Shown here one piece after another: positions 36,677 to 47,692 of a stretch of 64,000 nucleotides of DNA (its first letter is position 1; the number at the start of each line of letters is the position of its first letter). Position numbers and translations under genes: made by a program. The DNA is from Minisyncoccota bacterium. GTDB taxonomy: Bacteria; Patescibacteriota; Minisyncoccia; Phycocordibacterales; UBA9973. The DNA lies in assembly GCA_035994985.1 (NCBI GenBank), contig DASYKZ010000007.1:15601-79600 (forward strand), read 5' to 3'. The notes under the pieces are model-generated. The model did not search any database. It saw nothing but the letters and a program-made list of their open reading frames with translations, and had not been told where the DNA came from.

Positions 36677-39600
36677 TTATTTTTTCTTAAACCCAGTTCC
36701 AGCCGGAATTAACCGTCCGATGATGACATTTTCCTTGAGTCCGCGCAGGTTGTCTACTCCGCCTTTAATCGCGTTTTCAATCAAGACCCGGTTTGTATTT
36801 TGGAATGAAGCGGCAGAGAGCCAGCTCTTGGTGCGAAGCGAGACTTCGGTAATACCGAGAACCACGATTTCCGCCTTGGCCTCAGTTCCGCTTGTCTCTG
36901 CCATCCGGGCGTTTTCTTCCATGAACGTAGTATGCTCCACGATATCTCCCGCGGAGAAATTAGTCTCTCCGGCGTCTTTTATCTTTCGGCGTGAGAACAT
37001 CTGGCGGACGATTATTTCGGTGTGCTTTCTTGAAATAGAAGCGTTCTGAAGCTCATACACTTTGTTGATTTCACGAATTATGTATTTTTCCACGAGTTCC
37101 TTGTTTCCAAATTTAAAGATTTGGGCAATATCGGCTGAGCCGTCAGTCAACAGGTCGCCCATCTTGACCTTGTCTCCCGTCTTCACTATCGGCATTCTGC
37201 GGAAGGCTACTATGTATTCCATTTCGTTTTTCTTGCCGTCTTCCTTGCTGTCTGACAAGACTTTTACCAGCTTCTCTTCTCCTTCGCGGGCTGTGATGGA
37301 AATAACTTCTCCGTCAGTCTCCGAGATTACTGCCGGATTCTTTGGAATTCTCCTTTCAAAGATTTCTTCAATACGAGGCAGACCAGTGGTGATGTCTGTA
37401 CCGGCGACTCCTCCGGCGTGGAAAGTACGAAGCGTGAGCTGGGTACCCGGCTCGCCGATGGCCTGCGCCGCGATAATTCCCACAGCTTCGCCGAGTTCTA
37501 CCAAATGGTTCCGGCCTAAATCAAGTCCGTAACACATGACACAAAGGCCATGGACAGTACGGCATGTAAGCGGAGAGCGGACAAAGACTTCTTCAAAACC
37601 TTGCGCCTGTATGGCGTACGCTTCTTCTTTGGTGACCAGGAATCCTTTCTTGTAAACTGTTCCGCCATCTTTATCTTTCAAATCGCCGGCTAAAACACGT
37701 CCGCGGATATTTTTTGAAAGCGGTATTTCAATGCCGGAAATATTTTCCGCGCTGACTATCTTTCCTTCTTTGGTTCCGCAATCTTCTTCGGTAATGACCA
37801 CATCTTGGGCGACGTCCACAAGCCTCCTTGTCAGGTATCCAGCCTTTGCGGTATTAAGAGCGGTATCTGAAGCTCCTTTTCTGGCACCGTGGGTCGTGAT
37901 GAAATATTCGAGCGGAGAAAGCCCTTCCTGATAGCAGGAAATAATCGGGAATTCCAAAGTCTTACCTTGGTTATTTTGGATTAGTCCTTTCATTCCAATC
38001 ATTTGGACCAGAGAAGTCATCGTACCTCTCGCCTTAGAAGTAAATAGGTCGTATGTAGAGCTGTTTACATCAAGAGTGCTTGGTAAAATTTTCTCCAGCT
38101 CTTTTTTAGCGCTTGCCCATATTTCAATAACTTTTTGGTATTTTTCTTCTCCGGATAAGAGACCATCGCTCCACTGGGATATGATTTCTTCTTCCAGAGC
38201 CCTGCTGTTTTCTATAATTTTTGGTTTTTGAGTAGGTACGCTGACATTGTCGATTCCCCAGGTAGTGCCGGAAACTGTCGAATACTTGAAGCCAAAAGCT
38301 TTAATCTTGTCCAAAATTGGAGGAGTATTGTCTACTCCATATTGCATGATAAGCTCGTCCAGCAAGAGAGACAGCCTGCCCTGGGTCATTTCTTCATTCA
38401 CATAGGAAAAGTCGTTTGGCAAAATACTATTAAAGAGGAGCTTGCCGACAGAAGTTTCAAACATTCCTCCGTCAAATTTCTTATACTTTTCCCTGTCAGT
38501 AGCCAGTACCTTTATTTTAGCGCGGAGAGAAACAGCCCCGTATTCGTAAGCCAAAATAGCAGTGTTTGGATTTGGAAAATATTTTCCTTCGCCTTCTTCG
38601 CCTGCGACATCTTTGGTCATCCAGTAGCTTCCAAGGACTATATCCTTGCTAGGGTGCACGATTGGGTCGCCATTTTGTGGCTTGAGCAGGTTTTTATTTG
38701 CCGCCATCAGCTCTTTGGCTTCCGCCTGAGCTTCATCAAGTAAAGGAACGTATACTGCCATCTGGTCTCCGTCGAAGTCAGCGTTGAAAGCCTCGCAGAC
38801 TAGCGGGTGCACTTGGATAGCATTTCCTTCGATAAGAATCGGATTAAAGGCCTGAATACCCAAGCGGTGCAATGTCGGCGCGCGGTTCAAGAGAACGTAC
38901 TTGCCTTCAATGATGTCTTCCAGTATTGCCCAGATGATTCCCTCCCGCTCTTCTATGAGCTTGTTTGCTCCGCGGATATTAAACGCGAGTTCAGCTTCTA
39001 AAATCTTTGAAATTACAAACGGCCGGAACAGCTCGAGCGCCATGTGCTTTGGAAGTCCGCATTGATTAAGCTTGAGCTCAGGACCGACGACGATGACGGA
39101 ACGGCCGGAGTAATCTACGCGCTTACCGAGCAAATTTTGCCGGAAAAGGCCCTGTTTGGACTTCAGGTTGTCTGAAAGAGATTTGAGCGGACGCCTCTGA
39201 GACTGGCTCATGGCCGTAGAGTCGTTTTGCTTGGCGATAGAGTTGTCTATAAGCGCATCTACGGCTTCCTGAATAATTCTTTTTTCGTTTCGGAGAATAA
39301 CGTCCGGCGCGTTTATTTCTTTTAGCTTCTTCAAGCGGTTGTTTCGGTTGATAACCCGGCGGTACAAATCGTTTAGGTCTGATGTCGCATGCCTGCCTCC
39401 GTCAAGCGCCACCATCGGGCGGAGCACCGGCGGAATGACCGGAATAACTGTGAGGAACATCCACTCAGGCCGGATATCGGCATAAGTCATAGCCCGAATC
39501 AAAGAAAGCCTTTTTTGCAGCTTCTCTTTTTCGGCCACAGAAGCCTTGCCGACCATGGCTTCGGTGTGAATTTTTAATTTATTTAAATCGAGATTTTTGA

Positions 39601-40264
39601 AAATAGAGTAGATAGCTTCTGCCCCGATAGACGCCTCAAAACAAGTCCCGTACTTGAGCGAGTAGTGATGGAAAGAAATTTCATTAAGCACCTTGCCTTC
39701 GTAAATTTCAGTTATTTCTTTTTTGGTGACAGAAAATAAATTCTTTAATTTTTCTTTTGTTTCGTCATCACCGGAATTTTTTAATTTAGATTTATATTCT
39801 TTCTCTAGGTTAGTGATGATTTCTTTCTTTTCCTCCTCGTGGACTTTGATGATAATGTAGCCCGCGAAATATATCACTTTTTCAAGGTCGGACACAGAAA
39901 TATTGAGGAGGATGCTCATGCGGGAAGGCACTCCCCGTAAAAACCAGATATGAGATACTGGCGTCGCAAGCTCAATGTGCCCCATGCGCTCCCGGCGCAC
40001 TATAGACCGGGTGACTTCCACTCCGCACTTCTCACAGATAATATCCTTGTAGCGGATCCGGCGGTACTTTCCGCAGTAACATTCGTAGTCTTTTTCCGGC
40101 CCGAATATTTTCTCGTCGAAAAGGCCACCGCGCTCGCTGCGGCCCGTCCGGTAGTTTATCGTCTCCGGCTTGGTGACTTCCCCATAAGACCATTCCTGTA
40201 TCTGCTCCGGAGATGCGAGCCTTAATGCTATTTGATCAAATTCAGTTGTGTTTAATGTTTTCAT
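36677..40264 (-). CDS. rpoC: DNA-directed RNA polymerase subunit beta'
   Basis: '[14 protein letters not shown]', N-terminal zinc-binding Cys motif, trigger loop and other conserved regions throughout the 1195 aa. Confidence 0.95.
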   Translation of the reverse strand: MKTLNTTEFDQIALRLASPEQIQEWSYGEVTKPETINYRTGRSERGGLFDEKIFGPEKDYECYCGKYRRIRYKDIICEKCGVEVTRSIVRRERMGHIELATPVSHIWFLRGVPSRMSILLNISVSDLEKVIYFAGYIIIKVHEEEKKEIITNLEKEYKSKLKNSGDDETKEKLKNLFSVTKKEITEIYEGKVLNEISFHHYSLKYGTCFEASIGAEAIYSIFKNLDLNKLKIHTEAMVGKASVAEKEKLQKRLSLIRAMTYADIRPEWMFLTVIPVIPPVLRPMVALDGGRHATSDLNDLYRRVINRNNRLKKLKEINAPDVILRNEKRIIQEAVDALIDNSIAKQNDSTAMSQSQRRPLKSLSDNLKSKQGLFRQNLLGKRVDYSGRSVIVVGPELKLNQCGLPKHMALELFRPFVISKILEAELAFNIRGANKLIEEREGIIWAILEDIIEGKYVLLNRAPTLHRLGIQAFNPILIEGNAIQVHPLVCEAFNADFDGDQMAVYVPLLDEAQAEAKELMAANKNLLKPQNGDPIVHPSKDIVLGSYWMTKDVAGEEGEGKYFPNPNTAILAYEYGAVSLRAKIKVLATDREKYKKFDGGMFETSVGKLLFNSILPNDFSYVNEEMTQGRLSLLLDELIMQYGVDNTPPILDKIKAFGFKYSTVSGTTWGIDNVSVPTQKPKIIENSRALEEEIISQWSDGLLSGEEKYQKVIEIWASAKKELEKILPSTLDVNSSTYDLFTSKARGTMTSLVQMIGMKGLIQNNQGKTLEFPIISCYQEGLSPLEYFITTHGARKGASDTALNTAKAGYLTRRLVDVAQDVVITEEDCGTKEGKIVSAENISGIEIPLSKNIRGRVLAGDLKDKDGGTVYKKGFLVTKEEAYAIQAQGFEEVFVRSPLTCRTVHGLCVMCYGLDLGRNHLVELGEAVGIIAAQAIGEPGTQLTLRTFHAGGVAGTDITTGLPRIEEIFERRIPKNPAVISETDGEVISITAREGEEKLVKVLSDSKEDGKKNEMEYIVAFRRMPIVKTGDKVKMGDLLTDGSADIAQIFKFGNKELVEKYIIREINKVYELQNASISRKHTEIIVRQMFSRRKIKDAGETNFSAGDIVEHTTFMEENARMAETSGTEAKAEIVVLGITEVSLRTKSWLSAASFQNTNRVLIENAIKGGVDNLRGLKENVIIGRLIPAGTGFKKK

Positions 40265-40269
40265 ATTAT

Positions 40270-43200
40270 TTATTCTTTATTTGATTTGTCCTTGTTCTTC
40301 ATTAAGTTCACGTCAAGCGCGAGTCCCCGCAGGTAGTTGAGGAGGACATTGAATGAGGCCGGAGAATTCGGCGGTCTGATGGTTTCATTTTTTATAATGG
40401 AATCAAATGTCGCAGAACGGCCGGCAATGTCATCGGATTTAATCGTAAGCATTTCGCGGAGCGTATACGCCGCGCCGTATCCCTCGAGCGCCCAGACTTC
40501 CATTTCTCCGAATCTTTGTCCTCCGCCTTGGGCCTTTCCGCCAAGCGGCTGTTGGGTAATCAGCGAGTAAGGCCCGATTGAACGCATGTGAATCTTGTCT
40601 TCCACCATGTGGTGCAGCTTGAGCATATACATATAGCCCACAGCCACATCCTGCTTGAAAGCTTCTCCGGTGCGTCCGTCAAAAAGTTTCAGTTTGCCAT
40701 TTTCCGGCAAGCCGGCTTTTTTCAATTCTTCTTTTATTTCTTCCTGTTGCGCTCCTAAAAACGGCGGAGTTATCGCTTGGTAGCCGAGCGCATGTGCTGC
40801 CATACCAAGATGCATTTCTAAAATTTGTCCTAGGTTCATACGAGATGGAACGCCGAGTGGAGAGAGTATGATGTCTATCGGAGTGCCGTCCGCTGTGTAT
40901 GGCATATCTTCTTCGGGTAAAATTGTTGATATAACTCCCTTGTTTCCATGCCGCCCTGAAAGCTTGTCTCCGATTGAAATATTTCTGATTTGAGCGACTT
41001 CGATAACAATTTTTTTGATGATGCCTGCCTCAAGAGAATGCCCAAGGTCGCGGGAGAAAATTTTCACGCCGATTATGCGTCCGCGCTTGCCGTGTTCCAT
41101 GCGAAGCGACGTGTCTTTTACATCACGGGCTTTTTCGGCAAAGATACTGCGGAGCAATCTCTCTTCCGGTGTAAGCTCAGTCTCCCCCTTTGGGGTAATT
41201 TTGCCGACTAAAATATCATTTTCCCTGACTTCAGCGCCGATACGGACTACTCCGTCTTCGTCCAAATCTTTTAGTTTTAGTTCACCAATGTTTGGGATAT
41301 CTCTCGTGGTAATCTCGGGTCCTAGCTTGGTATCGCGAACTACACAGGTAAATTCTTCAAGGTAAATACTGGTAAATTTGCTCTTTTTTACCAAGCGTTC
41401 GGAAATAATAATCGCGTCTTCGTAGTTTGAACCGGACCAGGACAGAAAGGCCACAAAAATATTTTGTCCGATTGAAATCTGTCCGTCCACAGTGCTGCTG
41501 GTATCCGCGAGGACATCGCCTTTTTTGACTTTATCGCCGACATTTACTGCCGGACGCTGATGGAATACGGAGAAATTGTTATTCCTCATGAAGTTCACTA
41601 AGTCATACGTTTTCTTTTTATCAGACTTATCTCCCTTGCCTGCGACGATTATTTTTCTCGCGTCTACATATGAGACGGCTCCGTCTTCTGTGGCAATGAC
41701 TAGCCTGCCGGAGTCTCTGGATGCCAATTCTTCCACGCCTGTAGCCACAAGCGGAGCTTCGGGAAGGACGCAGGGCACAGCCTGCTTCTGCATGTTTGAG
41801 CCCATGAGCGCTCTGTTGGCATCATTGTGTTCCAGGAATGGAATAAGAGAGGTGGCGATAGAAAACGCCTGGTTGGCGGCGACGTCGATGAAGTCAATCT
41901 CCATGCGGGAGACAGTGCCAGGCTCTGTCTTTAGCCTTGCCTCTACTTTTTCTTCAGTTATTTTTCCCTTCTCATCATAGGGTATTCCGGCATGGGCGAT
42001 GTTGTATTTTTCTTCTTCAAGAGCGTTCAGGTACTGAATCTCGCCGGTTATCATGCCTTTTTTTACTTTGATGTACGGAGTTTCAATGATTCCAAATTCA
42101 TTTATTTTTGCGTATGTAGAAAGGTGAAGAATCAGACCGATGTTCGGACCTTCAGGGGTATGTATCGGACAGACTCTGCCGTAGTGGCTCGGATGCACGT
42201 CGCGGACTTCGAGTCCTGCGCGCTCACGCGTGAGTCCGCCCGGCCCAAGAGCTGACAATGTACGCAAGTGCTCCATTTCGTTGAGCACGTTTTCCTGCGC
42301 CATAAATTGCGAAAGCTGGTTGGTAGTAAAAAACTCCTTGATGCGGGCCTGCAGCGGACGCTGGTTTATGATAGCTATCGGCATCGCGGTATCCACATCG
42401 ATGATAGACATACGGTCTTGAATATTTCTCTTGATTTGCATCAGTCCGGTGCGGACTTTTTGCTGGAGAATTTCTCCGACAAAACGTACCCGCCTCTGGC
42501 CCAAGTGGTCGATATCATCGCTATGGGCTCCCGGTGTATTGTTTAATAAAATAATATTATTGACTACAGTCACCAAGTCTTCTTTGTCAATAGTTCTCCT
42601 AGCCATTTCTTTTTCATCCATTCCTTTATCGAAACGCTGGTTGAACCGAAAGCGGCCGACCGGAGAAAGGTCATAGCGCTCTTTGGTAAATAAAGAATTG
42701 ATAAATTCCTTGGCGTTGTCGGCTGTAGCCATGTCGCCATCCCGGAGGCGTTTATATATTTCTATATATGCTTCACTAAGTGTTTTTGCTGTATCTTTTG
42801 CAAAACAAGCTTTCAACACTGCTTCTGTATGCTCGTCCGTACCAAATGCTTTTAGGATTGCTTCGTTTGTTTCAAAACCAAGCACGCGCAACAAGCTCGT
42901 GACTGGGAATTTTCTTTTCTTGTCTATTCGTACATAAATCGCTCCGTCAGATTCGGACTCTATCTCAATCCAGACTCCTCGGGCCGGAATGATTTTCGCG
43001 CCAAAATATTTACTTCCCTTGGATTCAGAACCGGTGAAGAATACACCAAAGCTGCGGGCAAGCTGCGGCACGATGACGCGCTCTACGCCGTTTATGATAA
43101 ACGTGCCATGAGAAGTCATAAGCGGAAGGTCAGACATGAATATCTCCTGCTCTTTTACAGTGCCTAAAATTTTATTGGTCAATTTTACGCGGGCCTTCAA

Positions 43201-43482
43201 TGTGCCGTTGTAGGAAAGTTTATTTATCTTGGCATGATTTTCATCGTATTTACATTCTTCGAGTGAAAAAGAAGAAAAATCCAGCTGGAACTTTTTGCCG
43301 GAGTAATCGTTTATAGGAGAAAATTCTTTAAAAACTTCGCCAATACCGGTCTCTACGAGCCACTTAAAACTCTTGAGCTGAGCTTCAATCAGGTTTGGGA
43401 AAGGTGCCAGCGGCTTCTTATATCGAGAAAAATACTTTTTAGGCAATGAGGATTTGTTTGATTGAGTTTGCATAATAAACAA
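40270..43482 (-). CDS. rpoB: DNA-directed RNA polymerase subunit beta
   Basis: Conserved beta-subunit blocks in 1070 aa; 5 nt upstream of rpoC. Confidence 0.95.
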   Translation of the reverse strand: MFIMQTQSNKSSLPKKYFSRYKKPLAPFPNLIEAQLKSFKWLVETGIGEVFKEFSPINDYSGKKFQLDFSSFSLEECKYDENHAKINKLSYNGTLKARVKLTNKILGTVKEQEIFMSDLPLMTSHGTFIINGVERVIVPQLARSFGVFFTGSESKGSKYFGAKIIPARGVWIEIESESDGAIYVRIDKKRKFPVTSLLRVLGFETNEAILKAFGTDEHTEAVLKACFAKDTAKTLSEAYIEIYKRLRDGDMATADNAKEFINSLFTKERYDLSPVGRFRFNQRFDKGMDEKEMARRTIDKEDLVTVVNNIILLNNTPGAHSDDIDHLGQRRVRFVGEILQQKVRTGLMQIKRNIQDRMSIIDVDTAMPIAIINQRPLQARIKEFFTTNQLSQFMAQENVLNEMEHLRTLSALGPGGLTRERAGLEVRDVHPSHYGRVCPIHTPEGPNIGLILHLSTYAKINEFGIIETPYIKVKKGMITGEIQYLNALEEEKYNIAHAGIPYDEKGKITEEKVEARLKTEPGTVSRMEIDFIDVAANQAFSIATSLIPFLEHNDANRALMGSNMQKQAVPCVLPEAPLVATGVEELASRDSGRLVIATEDGAVSYVDARKIIVAGKGDKSDKKKTYDLVNFMRNNNFSVFHQRPAVNVGDKVKKGDVLADTSSTVDGQISIGQNIFVAFLSWSGSNYEDAIIISERLVKKSKFTSIYLEEFTCVVRDTKLGPEITTRDIPNIGELKLKDLDEDGVVRIGAEVRENDILVGKITPKGETELTPEERLLRSIFAEKARDVKDTSLRMEHGKRGRIIGVKIFSRDLGHSLEAGIIKKIVIEVAQIRNISIGDKLSGRHGNKGVISTILPEEDMPYTADGTPIDIILSPLGVPSRMNLGQILEMHLGMAAHALGYQAITPPFLGAQQEEIKEELKKAGLPENGKLKLFDGRTGEAFKQDVAVGYMYMLKLHHMVEDKIHMRSIGPYSLITQQPLGGKAQGGGQRFGEMEVWALEGYGAAYTLREMLTIKSDDIAGRSATFDSIIKNETIRPPNSPASFNVLLNYLRGLALDVNLMKNKDKSNKE

Positions 43483-43683
43483 AAAAGCCGTTTAGAGCTT
43501 GTAAATTAAGGTTATTAATAAGGAGATTGCATCAATTACTCAATCAGTGAATCACTTACAAGTATACTCATCTAAATTTTTTTGTCAAATTTAGTTTGTG
43601 TATACTTGCTTTATAAGCGCAAACATGTTTTTATTTAAGTGAAAGGAGAACAAACATTGTATGAAAAAAGTTATAATGTGGGT

Positions 43684-43854
43684 ATCGTTGAATTTGACCA
43701 GCTAAACACCAGCGCGTCAGTGGAAGTTGGACCCCAGTGCGCATTAGCTAAAACCAACTAGGCCAGGATGGCCGAACTTCATCCTAAACAGATTACCTCG
43801 GATGAGGAATCTACATCGGGCGCCGGGGTTTATAACCTAGGCGCCTTTTTTATT
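43684..43854 (+). ncRNA. candidate small RNA (~170 nt, unclassified) with TATAAT -10 (43672-43677) and intrinsic terminator (43819-43854)
   Basis: Lies between two minus-strand genes (rpoB start, pit stop). Internal hairpins ggcca-gga-tggcc and cctc-ggat-gagg. The terminator ggcgccgggg…cctaggcgcc is followed by tttttt only on the + strand. Confidence 0.35.
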
Positions 43855-43900
43855 TCTTAGTTTTGTTCTTCCATTCATCTATTATCTTTTTATGAACTCT

Positions 43901-44899
43901 TTAGAAAAGGCCCATATGTCCCATGGATATATATGTCACATAGGAAATAATAGCGGCGGCGGGAATAGTAAGCAGCCATCCAAAAACTATTTTAGAAGTC
44001 ATTTTCCAGTGCACGCTTTGTATGTCTTGGGCACTTGAAACTCCTATGATACTGCCGGTAATCACATGAGTCGTGCTGACGGGAATACCAAGCGCAGTGC
44101 TGCCAAATAAGCTTATTGATCCTGCTGTCTCAGCGCAAGACCCGTCTATGGGTCTGATTTCCCGTACTATTTTTTTACCCATTGTCTCCACTATTCTCCA
44201 TCCACCCACGAAAGTTCCAAGCGCAATCGCTGCATGGGCCGACAAAACAACCCAAAGTGGAATATTGAAAGTCGAAAGAATCCCAGCCGACACAAGAAGG
44301 CCTGTGATAATACCCATAGTTTTTTGAGCATCATTGCCTCCATGGCCGAGACTGTATAGTGCGGCGGAAACAAGCTGGACTCTCCGTGACCATTTATCAA
44401 CTTTTGCAGGATGGGCTTTTATTTTATTTAATATTTTCTTTGAAATCAAAAAGAAAAGTCCGCCCAAAATAAAACCGATAACCGGGGCTATGAATATAAA
44501 AGCGATGGTTTTTGCCCATCCGCTGGCGATAATTACTCCAAACCCTCCTCTGGATATGGCAGCTCCGGCATAGCCGCCAATGAGCGCATGCGAGGAACTT
44601 GATGGCAGCCCAAAATACCAAGTTATCAAATTCCAAATAATAGCGCCTAAAAGGCCAGCTAAAATAACAGTGGGGGTAACGATTGAAATATCTATCAATC
44701 CTTTGCCGATGGTCTTGGCTACCGCGGTGCCAAAAATAAAAAACGCCACAAAATTAAAAAAAGCTGCCCAAATGACAGCTTGCCTCGGAGTCAAAACTTT
44801 TGTACTTACAATTGTAGCAATGGAATTTGCCGCATCGTGAGCGCCATTAGTAAAATCAAAAACAAGGGCAATAGCAATAATAAAAATTATATACTCCAT
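43901..44899 (-). CDS. pit: inorganic phosphate transporter, PiT (PHO4) family
   Basis: 'GAHDAANSIATIVST' and a second 'GGNDAQKTMG' repeat; polytopic. Confidence 0.85.
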   Translation of the reverse strand: MEYIIFIIAIALVFDFTNGAHDAANSIATIVSTKVLTPRQAVIWAAFFNFVAFFIFGTAVAKTIGKGLIDISIVTPTVILAGLLGAIIWNLITWYFGLPSSSSHALIGGYAGAAISRGGFGVIIASGWAKTIAFIFIAPVIGFILGGLFFLISKKILNKIKAHPAKVDKWSRRVQLVSAALYSLGHGGNDAQKTMGIITGLLVSAGILSTFNIPLWVVLSAHAAIALGTFVGGWRIVETMGKKIVREIRPIDGSCAETAGSISLFGSTALGIPVSTTHVITGSIIGVSSAQDIQSVHWKMTSKIVFGWLLTIPAAAIISYVTYISMGHMGLF

Positions 44900-44973
44900 C
44901 TAACTGTTTTTTAAATTGTTAATAACTGCGCCTAAATTGTATCCTTTTCCTTTGAAACAAGTCAACTTAATAC

Positions 44974-45624
44974 TTAGCGCTTCTTTTGCTTCCATTTATT
45001 TATTTCAGCGTGATTCCCTGAAAGCAAAACCTTGGGAACTTTATAGTTTTTACCTTTATATTTTAAAACCTCCGGGCGGGTGTATGCTTGCGCGCTCGAT
45101 ACCCTTCCTTCTTCCAGCGATTCATATGTACCCAAAACCCCCTTTACCTGACGGGAAATAGAATCTATTAAAACCATCGCCGGGAGCTCACCGCCGGTAA
45201 GCACATAGTCCCCTATGGATATTTCTTCGGCCTTGAGTATCTTTTGAACCCGCGCGTCTATGCCTTCATAACGGCCGGAAATTAAAATAATATCGGTGTA
45301 TTTCTTAGCAGCCATTTTTGCGTAGCTTGTGGTAAACTTTTTGCCGGCTGTGGAAAATAAAATTATTTTTGTCTTTTTTTTATCTTTTATTTTAATCCTC
45401 GTCTGTATTTTTTCATAGGCCTTCAGGAAAAATTCCGGGCGCAGCACCATTCCCGGCCCTCCGCCATACGGACGGCCGTCTATATGCTCTTTGGGCTTAG
45501 AGAAATCTATCGGGTTGTAAAATTTGATTGAGATTTTTTTATCCTTTATCGCCCGCCCTAAGATGGACTCCTTAAGATAAGAATCAAACATCTCGGGGAA
45601 AATTGTAATAATGTGAAAACGCAT
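44974..45624 (-). CDS. trmD: tRNA (guanine37-N1)-methyltransferase TrmD
   Basis: 'MRFHIITIFPEMF', SPOUT-knot SAM-binding 'ILISGRYEGIDARV', 'DYVLTGGELPAMVLIDSISR'. Confidence 0.9.
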   Translation of the reverse strand: MRFHIITIFPEMFDSYLKESILGRAIKDKKISIKFYNPIDFSKPKEHIDGRPYGGGPGMVLRPEFFLKAYEKIQTRIKIKDKKKTKIILFSTAGKKFTTSYAKMAAKKYTDIILISGRYEGIDARVQKILKAEEISIGDYVLTGGELPAMVLIDSISRQVKGVLGTYESLEEGRVSSAQAYTRPEVLKYKGKNYKVPKVLLSGNHAEINKWKQKKR

Positions 45625-45654
45625 AGGCTATTTATAGCACAGATTTATATATTT

Positions 45655-45691
45655 AAAAACTAGAAAAGCACCGACGATTGCCGGTGCTTTT
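45655..45691 (-). terminator. intrinsic terminator after the membrane-protein gene
   Basis: The minus strand reads aaaaagcaccggcaatcgtcggtgcttttctagttttt. Confidence 0.65.
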
Positions 45692-45699
45692 TCCGAGGA

Positions 45700-46200
45700 C
45701 TAATCGTCCTCGTTTGTGCCTTTATCAGACTCTATTTTGATTTTGAGTTTTCTTTTCGTGTATATGTTTAAAAAGAAAACGTAAACGAAACCAATTATAG
45801 CCAAGGTCGCCGAGACTATAAGATGAGCCAACATTGCCCATCTTGTCATCGTCCTGTTCCACAGCATATTCCCTAAAGCTTCGCGGATAGGTCCTCTATG
45901 TGAAAACAGGACGTGCGCAAAAGTTGTCAAAAAAGGAACAACAAAAGTACCGAGGACGACAACTACGATAGCTGAAATTTTACTGTGTTCCGGTTCTTGA
46001 GTCTTTATAAACTTAATAAACCGAATAAAAATCAAGAGCAGAAGCCCGCTTTTTACAGACCAGTCTATTAATTCTATTGCTAATGTAACATTATAGATTG
46101 CCACTGATGAACCAGAAAACTTTTGCGTCAAGTAGTAGTCAGCAAGTGCCAAGCCAACTGAAACGATTGCAAAACCAATAATAAAAAGAACTTTTTTCAT
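45700..46200 (-). CDS. hypothetical polytopic membrane protein
   Basis: 166 aa, 4 TM helices. Confidence 0.5.
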   Translation of the reverse strand: MKKVLFIIGFAIVSVGLALADYYLTQKFSGSSVAIYNVTLAIELIDWSVKSGLLLLIFIRFIKFIKTQEPEHSKISAIVVVVLGTFVVPFLTTFAHVLFSHRGPIREALGNMLWNRTMTRWAMLAHLIVSATLAIIGFVYVFFLNIYTKRKLKIKIESDKGTNEDD

Positions 46201-46235
46201 AATTTTACCTCTTTATTAGGTATTATACCATAAAA

Positions 46236-46266
46236 GTAAAAACACCCTAGAGCAGGGTGTTTTTAC
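46236..46266 (-). terminator. intrinsic terminator downstream of the KH-domain gene
   Basis: aaaaacaccctagagcagggtgttttt (A/T runs on both sides). Confidence 0.6.
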
Positions 46267-46283
46267 TAAAATTTAGAGATTAT

Positions 46284-46661
46284 CTATATTCCCTTCAAGT
46301 CATCCATCGCTTCATCAACTGTCTTAAATGAACTTGGAGTAGCTCCATGCCCCGGAGCTGGAGGAACGTAATTATCTTCTGCCGGTCGGCTGCTGCCCTG
46401 TGCTCCCTGGCCTCCTTCGGGCTCGTTTATCTTTAGGTTTACCCGGGCATTATTTTTCATACCGATTATTCTAAGAAGTGTGCGGATAGCTTTTGCCGTA
46501 TTTCCCATTCGTCCGATAATCTTGCCCATGTCGAGAGGGTTTACAGTAAGGCTGATTAGTACGCCCATTTCGTCTACTGTCCTGTCAATTTTTACGTCAT
46601 TCGGATTGTCTACGAGAGCTTTCACTACGTATTCTAGAAATATCTTGTCTGCTTCTTCCAT
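46284..46661 (-). CDS. KH-domain RNA-binding protein (KhpA/YlqC-like) with Gly/Pro-rich C-terminal tail
   Basis: 'GKIIGRMGNTAKAIRTLLRIIG' is the KH GxxG loop. Sits in the rpsP–KH–trmD context. Confidence 0.75.
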   Translation of the reverse strand: MEEADKIFLEYVVKALVDNPNDVKIDRTVDEMGVLISLTVNPLDMGKIIGRMGNTAKAIRTLLRIIGMKNNARVNLKINEPEGGQGAQGSSRPAEDNYVPPAPGHGATPSSFKTVDEAMDDLKGI

Positions 46662-46735
46662 ATTGTTAAAATATTATTCTTTTAATTAATCATGCAGCTT
46701 GCGACGGATAACTGCTTATCTGTAATTGTACTAAA

Positions 46736-47044
46736 TTATTTTTTCGCTTTCAACTCTTTTCGCTTCACTGTGGGCTTTTTCTTCGGCAGCACATTTTTCT
46801 TCTTGCCCTCCACAATTTTATCATGCACTAAAAAGTTGTGCATCGTGTCCGAGCACTGTGCCCCGTTTTTAATCCAGTGCTTTATCCTGTCTCCCTTCAA
46901 AGTCTTGACTCCAAGCTTTGGATTGTAGTTGCCGAGTATTTCTAAAAACTTGCCGCTTTTTGTGCTGTTCTTTGAGTCAGTCAAAACCACCCGAAATGCG
47001 GGGTCATTCTTCCTGCCTATCCTCTGAAGTCGTATTTTTAACAT
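46736..47044 (-). CDS. rpsP: 30S ribosomal protein S16
   Basis: 'MLKIRLQRIGRKNDPAFRVVLTDSKNSTKSGKFLEILGNYNP'. Confidence 0.9.
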   Translation of the reverse strand: MLKIRLQRIGRKNDPAFRVVLTDSKNSTKSGKFLEILGNYNPKLGVKTLKGDRIKHWIKNGAQCSDTMHNFLVHDKIVEGKKKNVLPKKKPTVKRKELKAKK

Positions 47045-47692
47045 TTCTGTAGCTTAACATAAATTACCAAAAAGGCAATATGAAGTGAAACAGCGCTGTT
47101 CGTAGAGATCTCCGGGATCTACAAACAACGCTGTATATTTTGGAAGCTTTCTCATTATTATCTCATCCCTAGAAGATGAGCAAATTCAGAAGATATGCTC
47201 CCTGTTTTTAACAAGGAATATGCTTCGGGTACAATTATTCCAATAGCAAGTGCGGCCACGATGGCAGATAGAACGCCGAACCAAAAATTTATATGCCTAT
47301 CTCCACTGTCATCTGTCACTCTTTAATCATTCTTCATAAATTACCCCTTTTTAGGATTATGAATTGGTTTTTCATCATCCGGTGGTTCGCTGTTTTCTGG
47401 AACTGTTTCCAGGGTTTCAGCAACTGGTTCTTCTTGTTGGGTTTTTTCTTCTCCACCAGGAGTAGAGAGTTGATTTATCTCGTGAGTAAGGTAATCAATG
47501 CTCACAATTTTTTCTCCTCTTTTGTTTTTTTCTCTTCTGGTGGACCAGAAGAAGGACTAAACGCCCTTTTTGTTCAAAATCTATATTTAGTTTAACACAC
47601 AAAAACCTTGCTGTCAAAAAGGAGTTTGTGGCTGAATTTTGTGTTATATTTAAAAGGCATGTCCCGTTAGAAATAGACGGGCATTAACCAAT

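Noticed and set aside
35356-43000. Numerous 60-200-aa ORFs antisense or out of frame inside dnaG, rpoC and rpoB (and likewise inside gyrB, smc, mreB, the 1171-aa gene)
   Set aside because: Embedded in long, strongly supported CDSs; Ser/Arg/Pro-rich translations typical of antisense frames of AT-rich genes.
47293-47595. 100-aa + strand ORF (MPISTVICHSLIILHKL…)
   Set aside because: Low-complexity F/W-rich translation, no RBS, overlaps better-supported minus-strand small ORFs; likely spurious.
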